Sequence record: OQ603353.1
Reading direction: 5' to 3' (one strand)
DNA: 64,000 bases
Notes under the pieces: generated by a model
What the model saw: only the letters and a program-made list of their open reading frames with translations
Databases searched by the model: none
What the model was told of the DNA's origin: nothing
Program-made: the position numbers and the translations under genes
Shown: positions 9,186 through 18,837 of the stretch, one piece after another
Layout: every line of letters starts with the position of its first letter
How positions within the stretch are numbered: position 1 is the stretch's first letter

Positions 9186-9526
9186 AGACTCTGATCGCTG
9201 GGTTGAACATTCAGACGGCAGATGACTACATCAAGAAGACGGCACTTCGCACAATCATCGGAGTGCCTCTCCCCAAGGAAATCGTCGTCTCTCAGACGTT
9301 GGCATTGAACAACAATGTTCCCGTCACCATAACGGGAAGGGATGATTCAGTCGTTACGATCATTTCTCCCGCCAAGCCGGTCAAGGTTACGGCACGTATC
9401 GGTAATACCCCTGTGGAGTTCCCTGAGAGCATCACGCCTCTCATTCTCCCGGGCAAGGTTACCAATATCGTGGTCACCTCCTTGAATGTTGATCCGGTGA
9501 ATGTTTTCATCCTTCAAGGAGCATGA
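9182..9526 (+). CDS. Small beta-rich structural protein
   Basis: 114 aa, GTG start overlapping the upstream stop; in the tail operon. Confidence 0.6.
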   Translation: MKTLIAGLNIQTADDYIKKTALRTIIGVPLPKEIVVSQTLALNNNVPVTITGRDDSVVTIISPAKPVKVTARIGNTPVEFPESITPLILPGKVTNIVVTSLNVDPVNVFILQGA

Positions 9527-9527
9527 C

Positions 9528-9794
9528 ATGAGTAATCGTATCCTTAGCACTTCTACCATCAGCCGCGCCGTCCGCATCCTGAATCCGACCACCGGCGACG
9601 TGCAGGAAATTCAGGTACAGCGTGGTCAGTACGAACTGCCGGAAGGTTACAGTATCGCTGCCGCTGACCTTGCCCTGTATTCCCCGTTCCTTTCGCAGAT
9701 TGATGTTGAAGGAAAGGTGATTCCGCTGGCTGGGGTTCAGTCGATCCCTGACACGCCGATTGCGGTGCCCACTAACGACGCTGACGACAACTAA
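9528..9794 (+). CDS. Small hypothetical (structural) protein
   Basis: 88 aa from ATG 9528 (AAGGAG RBS); immediately upstream of sheath. Confidence 0.6.
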   Translation: MSNRILSTSTISRAVRILNPTTGDVQEIQVQRGQYELPEGYSIAAADLALYSPFLSQIDVEGKVIPLAGVQSIPDTPIAVPTNDADDN

Positions 9795-9805
9795 GGTAAC
9801 TTCCA

Positions 9806-11803
9806 ATGGCAAACCCGATTGGTAACAATCAAGCTTCTGACGTTTATGTCAGTGAGCTTAACCTCAGCACCATCATCACTACGGTAGCAACTTCGGTTGG
9901 CGCTATGGTGGGTGCTACTACGCAAGGCAAGCTGGGCCGCCAGTTGGTCAGCGACTACGCCTCGTTCAAGACGCAGTACGGTCCGAGCAACCCGTCGCAG
10001 TCTCGCGTGCACATGGCGGTACGTGATTACTTCACCAAGGGTGGCGAAGGTATCATCTTCAAGCGCGTCTGTGGTGCCGGTTACAAGTATGCAGGTGTCC
10101 TCCTGCAATACACCGGGTCGACTGGTAATCAGACCCTCAAGCTGACGCCGTATGGCATCGGCGGTGAGAATCCGGCTGACACCATCGACTTCCGCAGCGC
10201 CGGTGGCGTGTCGGACTCGAATCAGAACCTGTGCTACATCTACGGTATTGGTCCGGGTACTCGTTACAACCAGTACGCGATCAGCATCACCTCCAACAAC
10301 ATCATGCCTCCGGGCAACCTGAGCCTGACGCCTGCCCTTACCGGCGGCATCTTGCAGGGTGGCACGCAGTACACCTACGGTGTCTCGGCCATGAGTGCCT
10401 TGGGTGAAACTCTGACCTCCACCCAGCTGAACATCACGCTGGAGCAGACCACCAGTGGTTCCGTCGTCATTTCGTGGGACCCGGTCCCCGGTGCCATCGG
10501 CTATCGCATCTACGGTCGTTCGACTGGTTCGACTGGCACTGGCACTGTGTCGCTGGGCCTGATTGGTTCGGTTGGTCAGGGCATCGTGCAGTTCGTGGAT
10601 ACCGGCCGCACTGTTCCCACCACTGTTCCGCCGACTCCTGTCAACTCGAACAGTAACCGCTTCACGTTCACTGACGTGTTTGCAATCAACGTGTACGATC
10701 TGGCTTCCAGCGTCAATGCCCCGGTCGAGACTCACGCTGTCACGCTTGCCCCGAGTGTCAACGGTATGCAGCAGCAGCAGGAAATCGAGACGGTCATCAA
10801 CACGCAGTCGCAGTACATTCGCGTGGTGAGTAACTATCCGAACATGACTGTGGCTCCTCCGACCATCTTCACGTTGCAGGCTGTCACGATGAACGGCGGC
10901 GCTAACGGTGCAGCTGTGACCTCGGCGGACCTCATCAACGGTTGGCAGGCTTTCGCTGACAAGGACACCGTGCAGGTTGCCCAGCTGATCGACGGCGGCT
11001 ACGCTATCCCGTCGGTCCAGAAGGCTATGCTGTCGATTGCCAAGGATCGTCAGGACTGCGTAGTGTTCGGTGACGTTCCGTCCGATCAGCAGAACGCGAT
11101 TGACGCGGTGGCTTACCGCACCCTGACTCTGAATGAAAACAGTGATCGTATCATGCTGTTCACTTCGGACATTCAGGAAATCGATCCTGACACCAACTCG
11201 CTGGTTTGGGTGCCGGGCTCCGGTGCAGCGGCAGGTTCGGCGGCGGCTGTGGACAGTCAGATTGGTTCGGGTGGCTCCATCGCAGGCCCGACCTATGGTG
11301 CGATCACCACTGCGGTCAAGCTGCGCCACAACTACACCAAGGCACAGCGTAACATGCTGGCTGGCTCGCAGGTTAACTACTGGCGTAGCCGTACCGGCAT
11401 CGGTACGTACCTCGCCGAGCAGAAGACTTGCTCGACTCCCATTTCGGCCGTCACCTACTACTCTGTGCGTCGTATCTTCGACGTGATGGAGCAGTCGATT
11501 GAACTGGCCCTGACCTACTCGCTGCAAGCTCCGAACACGCAGTTCACCGCGCAGCAGATTGCGAGCATGCTGACTCAGTACCTCAACGGACTGGTTTCGG
11601 CACAGCGCATCAACGGCTTCAGCGTGCGAGTGGACAACTCTCCGGCAGTGCGTGCTCAGGGCAACCTGCAAGTGTATGCGGCCATCGAACCGATCCTGCC
11701 CATCGACAAGATCGGTCTGCTGACCATCATCACTCCGCAGGGCGCCAACTTCGAGGAAATCCTCGGCAACGTGGCTCCGGGCGCAACCGTCTCTGCAACC
11801 TAA
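9806..11803 (+). CDS. Tail sheath protein with inserted Fn3/Ig-like domain
   Basis: 665 aa; N-terminal VYVSELNLS..GAMVGATTQG and C-terminal VRRIFDVMEQSI..GLVSAQRINGFSVRVDN..LQVYAAIEP sheath signatures; precedes the tube gene. Confidence 0.92.
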   Translation: MANPIGNNQASDVYVSELNLSTIITTVATSVGAMVGATTQGKLGRQLVSDYASFKTQYGPSNPSQSRVHMAVRDYFTKGGEGIIFKRVCGAGYKYAGVLLQYTGSTGNQTLKLTPYGIGGENPADTIDFRSAGGVSDSNQNLCYIYGIGPGTRYNQYAISITSNNIMPPGNLSLTPALTGGILQGGTQYTYGVSAMSALGETLTSTQLNITLEQTTSGSVVISWDPVPGAIGYRIYGRSTGSTGTGTVSLGLIGSVGQGIVQFVDTGRTVPTTVPPTPVNSNSNRFTFTDVFAINVYDLASSVNAPVETHAVTLAPSVNGMQQQQEIETVINTQSQYIRVVSNYPNMTVAPPTIFTLQAVTMNGGANGAAVTSADLINGWQAFADKDTVQVAQLIDGGYAIPSVQKAMLSIAKDRQDCVVFGDVPSDQQNAIDAVAYRTLTLNENSDRIMLFTSDIQEIDPDTNSLVWVPGSGAAAGSAAAVDSQIGSGGSIAGPTYGAITTAVKLRHNYTKAQRNMLAGSQVNYWRSRTGIGTYLAEQKTCSTPISAVTYYSVRRIFDVMEQSIELALTYSLQAPNTQFTAQQIASMLTQYLNGLVSAQRINGFSVRVDNSPAVRAQGNLQVYAAIEPILPIDKIGLLTIITPQGANFEEILGNVAPGATVSAT

Positions 11804-11805
11804 AT

Positions 11806-11832
11806 GGATGGGGCTTCGGCCCCATTCCCTTT
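11806..11832 (+). terminator. Hairpin (cUUCGg) between sheath and tube genes
   Basis: GGATGGGGC-TTCG-GCCCCATTCC then CTTT. Confidence 0.65.
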
Positions 11833-11854
11833 CACCATCAAGAGGTAATTCTAC

Positions 11855-12370
11855 ATGGCCCGTACTTGGGTACTTCAAGACCTCGCCGGATTGCCGGATC
11901 CGCTTCAGCCGTACAACTTCGACCTGTCCATCCCCAACGTGCCGGGTGGTGGTAACGGTTACCAGTTGATGCTGCGCTGCGCGTCCGCTACCCTGCCGGG
12001 TCACGCTAACGAGGATGGCATCCTGCCGCTGCGCGGTTCGGAAATCACCTATGCTGGTCGCCCGCTGTGGGAACACGCGTTCAACCCCACGTTCTCTGAG
12101 CACCGCGATATGGTTTCCCGTCAGTCGCTGCTGAACTGGATTCTGTACGCACGCGACAACCGCACCAGCCCGACTGCTGGTGCGTACATGACGAACTATA
12201 AGACCATTGGCGACCTCATCATCTACGATGACATTGGTAAAGAAATTCGTCGTATCCGACTCCACGGTCTGTGGTGTCAGAGCTTGCAGGAAGCGCAGCT
12301 TGAATCGCAGGGTAGCGGCCCGGTGATGCTCGGCGCTTCGTTCCGTTACGATTGGTTTGAAGACCTGTAA
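11855..12370 (+). CDS. Tail tube protein (T4 gp19-like)
   Basis: 171 aa directly after sheath; DPLQPYNFDL, RCASATLPG, ITYAGR, F.E.RD and FRYDWF patterns. Confidence 0.88.
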   Translation: MARTWVLQDLAGLPDPLQPYNFDLSIPNVPGGGNGYQLMLRCASATLPGHANEDGILPLRGSEITYAGRPLWEHAFNPTFSEHRDMVSRQSLLNWILYARDNRTSPTAGAYMTNYKTIGDLIIYDDIGKEIRRIRLHGLWCQSLQEAQLESQGSGPVMLGASFRYDWFEDL

Positions 12371-12386
12371 CCAATCAGGCACGTCG

Positions 12387-12418
12387 AAGGGGCCGTAGGT
12401 AACACTACGGCCCTTTTC
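12387..12418 (+). terminator. Intrinsic terminator after tube gene
   Basis: AAGGGGCCGTAG-GTAACA-CTACGGCCCTTT followed by T. Confidence 0.8.
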
Positions 12419-12452
12419 TGATTCAGGCACTCCAAACCACTGAGGTAACAGC

Positions 12453-13307
12453 ATGGCGTTCTCTCTAAAGCTACCGGGTGTGGAAGCACTCGGAAAACAA
12501 GTTGCTGGCTTCGCTGGTGGTGTCGCCAAGCAGATCGGTGGCAATCTTCTCGCTCCAATCGCTAACCTTACTTCCGGCAACGGTGGTTACTCAAAGGTTC
12601 CTTCGGGCGGCCAGATCGGTGACTACGTTGGTGGCCTGCTTAGTAACGCAGCCAAGAACAAGTATCGTGAAGTAACTGGAGACTTGGTTAACAAGATCGG
12701 TAGTAAGGTAGGCAAGCAGCTTGCAGGTGCGTTGTTCTCTAACGTGTTGTCTACCGGCTATGGAACTGGTCAGTTGAAGGAGCTTGTAGCCCGAGGTGAT
12801 CCGCACCTTCTCATCGACTGGTCCATCATCATGCCTAGCCTCAAAGGTGCGAATGGTCTGTCGGATTCCTTGGTTGAGTCGATTGACTTTAGTGCTCCTA
12901 GCTATGGCACACGCCGCATCCAGTTGGGCACCACTCACGTGAACTATCCTGGGTATAAGGAAAATTCACCAATCAACATTGTCTTTGCGGAAGACACTGA
13001 CCACACGGTATCACAGTACCTTAATTGGTGGCGGTCGTGTATTCGTGACGTTGACGGCACTTACTCCTATCCGCAGTCGTACAAAGCGGACATCAACGTC
13101 CTAGCTCTAACTCCAGATGGCAAGGTCGCAGCGATGATGACTTTGCTCGGTTGTTACCCCGACGGTCCCTTGTCTTATCCGTATGCCTCGGGCACATCTG
13201 AATACCTCCGGTTGCATCAGTCGTTCGCATGCGACCATGTTGCCTTCTCGTACCCCAACTCGGGTACGGTGAGTGTAGGTAATGCACAGACGATTCCCAG
13301 TACCTGA
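12453..13307 (+). CDS. Tube-like baseplate protein (T4 gp54-like tube initiator)
   Basis: C-terminal half is tube-fold-like (VESIDF, VNYPG, INIVFAED, YLNWWR, LLGCYP); Gly-rich N-terminus. Confidence 0.7.
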   Translation: MAFSLKLPGVEALGKQVAGFAGGVAKQIGGNLLAPIANLTSGNGGYSKVPSGGQIGDYVGGLLSNAAKNKYREVTGDLVNKIGSKVGKQLAGALFSNVLSTGYGTGQLKELVARGDPHLLIDWSIIMPSLKGANGLSDSLVESIDFSAPSYGTRRIQLGTTHVNYPGYKENSPINIVFAEDTDHTVSQYLNWWRSCIRDVDGTYSYPQSYKADINVLALTPDGKVAAMMTLLGCYPDGPLSYPYASGTSEYLRLHQSFACDHVAFSYPNSGTVSVGNAQTIPST

Positions 13308-13358
13308 GCATCCTCAAGCAAATAACCACCACATAAGGAACCAAGAAAGGTAACGATT

Positions 13359-13739
13359 ATGCGTGAGATTGCAGCACTCAGCAAAGAGACTTTTCGTAAC
13401 TGGCCCATCGAGCGTCGGGAAGCCTATCTCAAGGCTCACCCGAACAGCAAGTTCCATTACCATGAATTGATTGAGCGCAAGGGCGTCAAGCTCCCTGCGA
13501 CCACTCCTAAGCTTGGTACAAACTGGGCTGAGCACGCACGCTATCCAGACCCGGATCACCATCGCCGCCACGCGAAGGCACATGCTATCGCGGCGGAGCA
13601 TATCAAGGAACAGGCAAAGAAGCACCGGGCTCATACCCCTGCCTACCATGATTTGCTGGAGCAGGCATCCCTGCGCCTCAAATGGAAGGAACGGCACGAA
13701 AAGCTCTACAAGAAGCTGGCCGACGATCTACTGAAGTAA
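13359..13739 (+). CDS. Small basic His-rich protein, putative internal head protein
   Basis: 126 aa; carries the F..W/L.....AYLKAHPNSKF motif shared with the Topo IB C-terminus. Confidence 0.65.
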   Translation: MREIAALSKETFRNWPIERREAYLKAHPNSKFHYHELIERKGVKLPATTPKLGTNWAEHARYPDPDHHRRHAKAHAIAAEHIKEQAKKHRAHTPAYHDLLEQASLRLKWKERHEKLYKKLADDLLK

Positions 13740-13768
13740 CACTCACTTGATTTCCTGGACTACAACCC

Positions 13769-14839
13769 ATGACCTCCAAGAACGAACTGCCTGCACGCAA
13801 GCGCAAACTTGCGTTCACTGTTACCACCAAGACGGCGGAAGGTGAGACTATTGCCGAAAGCCGTCCCCGTCAAGACCCTCCAAAGCCAGCTGCCCCGCCG
13901 CCGATGGGCGGTCAGTCGGGCGGCCGTATGAAGGTAGCACTGCCTACTGTAGCAGAGGAAGAACGCGAAGCCACTCTCGCCGATTCGGACTCACGCTATA
14001 TCGAAATCGACCACCTGCCTAGCGGCGGTGTGTTCTATCCCTTCGAGCGTCTGAGTATTCGCCGCCTCGGCGTACCCGAGGTACGCAAGGCGTATCAGGC
14101 TCACATGACCAAGAGCTTCCGCACCTTCGTGCAGATTCTCACTCCTAGCATCGACCGCGATGCTTACTCGTTGACCATTGGTGATTTCTGGTACCTGATG
14201 TACTTCCATCAGAGTAACAGCTACCCGAAGTCTCCTGCTACCATGTCGTTTGAGTGTATGGGCAAGGAGCATCTGGAGAAGGTCAAGAACGGCGAACTTG
14301 AGCCCGAAACCCTCCGTCAGAAGATGGAAGTGCGCTACAAGGAATTGAAAGAGCATTCCATCAACGAGGAAATCGGTTACCAGCTTGCTGAACTGATTAG
14401 TGAAGTACGTGAACGCTTCAACGTTACCCTGTATCCCCCGACGGTTCAGGACACGATTGAAATGGTTGAAGAAATGGAAGCGCTCGATGAGAAGGCTCTG
14501 AACGCCTCGTCTTCGGACAAGCTTGCTACTTCGGCTCTCGACTTCGTGCGCAACAAGAGCGCATACGCTGATCTTGAATGGATCAACGAGTACGCCTCCT
14601 ACCTGCACCCGGCCATACACGGCACTTCCATCAAGCAGCGTAGGGAGTTCCTTGATTCGCTGGACAACGACATGCTTGAACTGTTCGATTACATCGACCG
14701 CTTCAAGAAGCTGTCCCAGCACGGCATTGTGGAAACTGTCAAAACTAAGTGTACGGTGTGCGCGGCTGAGAGGATGGTTCCGACCTCCCTCTCGGCCGCC
14801 ATGTTTCTTCCCGATCTACAGCGAGCAAAGCTTGCTTGA
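13769..14839 (+). CDS. Baseplate hub/tail assembly chaperone (T4 gp26-like)
   Basis: 356 aa; LPSGGVFYP, LTIGDFWYLM, C-terminal CTVC; upstream of tape measure. Confidence 0.7.
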   Translation: MTSKNELPARKRKLAFTVTTKTAEGETIAESRPRQDPPKPAAPPPMGGQSGGRMKVALPTVAEEEREATLADSDSRYIEIDHLPSGGVFYPFERLSIRRLGVPEVRKAYQAHMTKSFRTFVQILTPSIDRDAYSLTIGDFWYLMYFHQSNSYPKSPATMSFECMGKEHLEKVKNGELEPETLRQKMEVRYKELKEHSINEEIGYQLAELISEVRERFNVTLYPPTVQDTIEMVEEMEALDEKALNASSSDKLATSALDFVRNKSAYADLEWINEYASYLHPAIHGTSIKQRREFLDSLDNDMLELFDYIDRFKKLSQHGIVETVKTKCTVCAAERMVPTSLSAAMFLPDLQRAKLA

Positions 14840-14840
14840 A

Positions 14841-14993
14841 ATGCAGATGCAGATCGAAGCTTACCTAAACGTGACGATTGACAAGGACATGGAGTTCCGT
14901 GCCTTGTATTATCGCTACGCCAAGGTGAAAGAAGAACTGCGGAAGCAAGAGGAAGAAAATAAGCGCCGCCAGCAATCTAGAGGACAACGGTAA
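14841..14993 (+). CDS. Small chaperone partner (gp51-like/GT-like segment)
   Basis: 50 aa MQMQIEAYLNVTIDKDMEFRALYYRYAKVKEELRKQEEE; ATG 1 nt after the upstream TGA; the +1 frame is open back through 14523. Confidence 0.6.
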   Translation: MQMQIEAYLNVTIDKDMEFRALYYRYAKVKEELRKQEEENKRRQQSRGQR

Positions 14994-14995
14994 TC

Positions 14996-17761
14996 ATGGC
15001 AAAGCGCCCTCCTAGCAAGCCCATCAAGGGCAAAGTCAAAACCAAGCTGCTGGATCAGCCGCCTGTACGAAAGGCCATCCCGAAGACTGCCGGTAGGGCC
15101 TTGAACAACGACAAGATCAAGGTATCGGCGCAGTTGAAGAAGCCTACCGAAGCTGCGAAGCGTGCTGCCAAGGCGAACAAGAAGGCAATCGTCAAGCCGG
15201 TTCCACCCCCTATCGACCCACGACTGCTAGGTAAGAACGGGCGCCCGCTTGTCGGTGCTGCACTCAAGATGCGCCTTGACAAGATCAGGGCCACGGGCGC
15301 ACGCCCTCCTGAATCTCCGCCGCTTGATAAGAACGGGCGTCCACTAGCAGGCAACGCCCTTCGCATGTGGCAGATGAAGAAGGACCGGGAGTACGCCGCT
15401 GCACGTGAGCACGCAATTCGCAATCTGAAAATCACTGCACCTCAGGAAGAGACCGATCCTATCGGGGTGGCCGCAGCCGCTTCAATTCAACAGCAGCTGG
15501 CAGGCGACCTTGACCCGGAAGAGCAGCATCGACTTCGGCAGATGGAACTGCGTGATCGCATGCGCATGGCCAAGTTCAACATCCGAGTACGTGCTCGAAA
15601 GGCTGCTGAGAAGCAACAGCAGATGGCCGAACAAGCTCAGATGGAAAACACAGCGCAGTCTATGCGTGAACGTGTGGAAGAGTGGCGCATCAATCGAGGA
15701 GACAACTACGCAGCCTCGGACTACGAGACGGAAGTGGCAGACACTGCTACCGCGCTCGACAACTGGACTGGCCCTATTGTCCAGAGCCCTGCTGACATTG
15801 AACACCCGTCCGCACCTTCTTCTGCACCCCGACGTCGTAGTAAGCGAGGCTGGCGTCCTAGCAGCTGGCAAGCACGTGGTTACCCGAAGCCTTGGGAAGA
15901 CCCCGAGCAGGTTGCATTGATGGAAGAGGCTGGCGTTCCACCGGACTCCCCGACTACCAACCCGCGCCAGCGCGATGAGAAGATCACGCAGAGCGAAATT
16001 GAAGCGGCTGAAAAGATTTCCGAAGTCATTGGCGACAAGATCGAAGAAGTCATCGAAACCAAGCGCTCTAAGCGCAAGGTCGAAGACGCAGAAGCCCCTG
16101 ATGATCCAGAACACGTCATCATTGAACCGAAGGACAACAAGGAATTGTTCAACGGTCTGGACAACATCGGTAACGTTGGTCAGGACTTGGCAGACACCAT
16201 GTCCGAGCAATTCAAGCAGGAGGAACGCCACCGTCGTCGCGCTGAATTGGATCGTAAGCGCAAGGCTAGCAGGGATGACGATTTCGGCATGCCTTCGGGA
16301 TTCCGCAACGCAGCTGCTATCGCTGCCGCAGGCCCCAAGCAGCTTCTGAGCGAAGTCGGTAACGTGCTCAAGAGCCTCGTTGGTGTTGGTGGTATCCTCG
16401 GAACCCTGTGGGCGGTTCGTGAGAACTTCGACCGCGCTCCCCGAGTGATGAATTCTATCACCAAGGGCTTTAAGGGATTGATGGCGAGCGCTTACGACTT
16501 GGTAGGTATGCACGATGAAGCAGACGCTCTCCGTGCAGAAGCTGACGCGATTCAAGACAAAGACCTTGCTTCGGGTAAGGACGCTGCTGTCGTTGGTGGT
16601 ACTGTTGCAGGTGCTTCATTGTTTACGCGTCCGGGACGCTGGCTTGCAGGTAAGCTGATGCGTGGCGGCTGGCGCGCAGGTGGTAGTCTTCTGGGCCGTG
16701 CCGCTACTCTGGCACGTGCTAACCCTTGGGTGGCTGGTGCTATGGCCATGTTCCATACCGAAGACCTCGGTGGTCCTGAACGTGCTGATGGTACTCGCTC
16801 CGATGAAATGCCACTGGCCATGCCAATGCGTACTCCGCAGCAGCTAGAAGCCGACTTCAACAGCACCGATCCTAAGCGTCGTGAATATGCTGCGCGTGTG
16901 CGTGTTGCGCAGAAGTATTGGGATGACAAGAATCGGACGTACACCGTAGACAAGGGCGCGTTTGACGCAGAAGTAAGGGCGCTCTTGCGAGGCGATGATA
17001 CTTCGGGGTGGAACTCGGCACGTGCTTCTAGTGGCGCAGGTAACTTCTCTATCTCACAAGGCCAACGTGACCTTATGAGCGGTACGTACCAAGCTTTCCG
17101 TAAGGCGGGCCTCTCCCATGAGGGTGCACTGGCTCACACGGCTGAGATTGGACGGGAAGGTGCCTTCCTCGGTAAGAACGTATTCGGTAGTCATGTCGAT
17201 CCTGCTAATGGCGCGACCAACGTTGGCTTCATGAGTTGGCAAGGCTCTCGGGGTAAGGCACTTATGGCCCGTTTGCAGTCTAAGGGAATGCTCAACTCTG
17301 ACGGTAGCATTATCCCAAGTCAGGCAGCCCTAGATGAAATGGCTCAGTTCTCCGTTGATGAAATGGCGAATGGCTCCAAGGATCAGCAGGCAACTCTTGA
17401 TTACTTGAAGCGTGACAACATCAGTTCTAACCGGGCGATGGATATGCTTGGCGAGAATCACATCAAGTGGCGCATCAACGATCCTAAGTACCGTGCTTCG
17501 GGTATCCGTAATCGTACTGGCTACTACAACGAAGCCAGTAAGCTCATGGGTCAGGGCACCATGCAGCAGATTCCTAACGAGGTTACTCCGTTCCAGTCCA
17601 AGGAATCGGTGCAGCCCCAGCAAGACTGGAATCAGATGAAGCGTGATATGGGCCTCAGTGCAACGCCGTTCCCCTCCAACCGTGGCGAAATGCCTAGTCT
17701 TAGTTCCAGCTACATTGATGACATGCTGCTTGTTGGCATCAATGGCGGTCTCATCACTTGA
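14996..17761 (+). CDS. Tape measure protein with C-terminal phage-tail-lysozyme-like domain
   Basis: 921 aa; coiled-coil and Gly/Ala amphipathic segments; AHTAEIGRE...NVGFMSWQGSRGKAL lysozyme-like motif (~17070-17540); follows chaperones, precedes hub genes. Confidence 0.72.
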   Translation: MAKRPPSKPIKGKVKTKLLDQPPVRKAIPKTAGRALNNDKIKVSAQLKKPTEAAKRAAKANKKAIVKPVPPPIDPRLLGKNGRPLVGAALKMRLDKIRATGARPPESPPLDKNGRPLAGNALRMWQMKKDREYAAAREHAIRNLKITAPQEETDPIGVAAAASIQQQLAGDLDPEEQHRLRQMELRDRMRMAKFNIRVRARKAAEKQQQMAEQAQMENTAQSMRERVEEWRINRGDNYAASDYETEVADTATALDNWTGPIVQSPADIEHPSAPSSAPRRRSKRGWRPSSWQARGYPKPWEDPEQVALMEEAGVPPDSPTTNPRQRDEKITQSEIEAAEKISEVIGDKIEEVIETKRSKRKVEDAEAPDDPEHVIIEPKDNKELFNGLDNIGNVGQDLADTMSEQFKQEERHRRRAELDRKRKASRDDDFGMPSGFRNAAAIAAAGPKQLLSEVGNVLKSLVGVGGILGTLWAVRENFDRAPRVMNSITKGFKGLMASAYDLVGMHDEADALRAEADAIQDKDLASGKDAAVVGGTVAGASLFTRPGRWLAGKLMRGGWRAGGSLLGRAATLARANPWVAGAMAMFHTEDLGGPERADGTRSDEMPLAMPMRTPQQLEADFNSTDPKRREYAARVRVAQKYWDDKNRTYTVDKGAFDAEVRALLRGDDTSGWNSARASSGAGNFSISQGQRDLMSGTYQAFRKAGLSHEGALAHTAEIGREGAFLGKNVFGSHVDPANGATNVGFMSWQGSRGKALMARLQSKGMLNSDGSIIPSQAALDEMAQFSVDEMANGSKDQQATLDYLKRDNISSNRAMDMLGENHIKWRINDPKYRASGIRNRTGYYNEASKLMGQGTMQQIPNEVTPFQSKESVQPQQDWNQMKRDMGLSATPFPSNRGEMPSLSSSYIDDMLLVGINGGLIT

Positions 17762-17769
17762 GGTAACAC

Positions 17770-18834
17770 ATGGGATTTTCTATCGGCGGTTTTGTAAAGT
17801 CGGCCTCGACTTCTGTGGCCAACTACGCCACCAACACTGCAAAGGGAGCGATCAACAAAGCTTACGGGTCTGTTACTGAAGCACTCAACCGATCCATCGG
17901 TATTGGTGGTAGCCCACTTGAGCAGCGCAAGTTGGCAGATCAGAATGCGAGCAGTGAATTGCAGCAAGCCTACACCCCGAACGCCGCGTATCAGGTTATC
18001 TTGAGCGCGGATACGGATAACGGCGAGCCCCTAATCGTCTCCGGCTGGTATGGAGCGGAGACGCTCAACTTCAGTTTTGGTGGTAGCTATGATGCACCAT
18101 TTGCTCAGGGCCTCCTGAGCATGATGGGCGGTCCAACTCTGGAAACCATTGCACGTCTGAACGGCGTGCAGTCGGTTACCAAAGATATGACTGCACAGAT
18201 TTGGCAAGGCGCTACCCGTATCGCCGTGGACATTCCGTTGGTGATCGCAGCACAGTACGATGGCGAGCAGGAAATCATGCAGACCATCAACAGCTTGGCC
18301 CGTATGGCACTCCCCTCTGAAACTGAAAGTGGCTTCCTCCGCGCCCCGGGTCCTCGCCCAAATCTGAATCGGGCAGTTGACAACATTGGTGACACCTTCA
18401 ACAACATTTCCACTGGCTTCAAGGACTTCGCTAAGGAAGCTGCTTCGGGTGGACTCAATAAGCAGTCCCTGACGCAGGTTCTTTCCGGCGGTCCCAATAG
18501 TCTGCTTGGTGCGAGTGCTGAATTCATTGGCTCGCCCGTGCGTGAAGTGGAGGGCAACATTGCTTTGAAGATCGGTAACATCCTGCACCTAGAGAGTGTG
18601 GTGGTTGAGAGCATCAGTCCGACTATCGAATGGCAGTTGGATGGACGAGGTAAGCCCATGTTTGCAACCATCAACATTCACGTGAGTACGTTCAAAATTC
18701 CTACGGCAGAGGAAATGACCAACATCCTCATGCTCAGTGCTCCCACTCCTAGCCGTGCGCAGAACCAGCAGTCTCAGAACTTCGGTTCGATTGACCTGTT
18801 TGGCAACAACATGCAAGATTTCATCGGAGGGTAA
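17770..18834 (+). CDS. Baseplate-tube junction protein (gp48-like)
   Basis: 354 aa; AQIWQGATRIAVDIPL, VVVESISPT, PMFATINIHVST; position after TMP. Confidence 0.6.
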   Translation: MGFSIGGFVKSASTSVANYATNTAKGAINKAYGSVTEALNRSIGIGGSPLEQRKLADQNASSELQQAYTPNAAYQVILSADTDNGEPLIVSGWYGAETLNFSFGGSYDAPFAQGLLSMMGGPTLETIARLNGVQSVTKDMTAQIWQGATRIAVDIPLVIAAQYDGEQEIMQTINSLARMALPSETESGFLRAPGPRPNLNRAVDNIGDTFNNISTGFKDFAKEAASGGLNKQSLTQVLSGGPNSLLGASAEFIGSPVREVEGNIALKIGNILHLESVVVESISPTIEWQLDGRGKPMFATINIHVSTFKIPTAEEMTNILMLSAPTPSRAQNQQSQNFGSIDLFGNNMQDFIGG

Positions 18835-18837
18835 CGC

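Noticed and set aside
9791-12580. Very long antisense ORFs (929 aa here; also 1865-3646, 3711-5642, 25509-26831, 50606-51637, 57959-59176)
   Set aside because: They mirror highly biased + strand genes, lack RBS and recognisable motifs, and are the expected shadow of GC3-rich codon usage that removes antisense stops.
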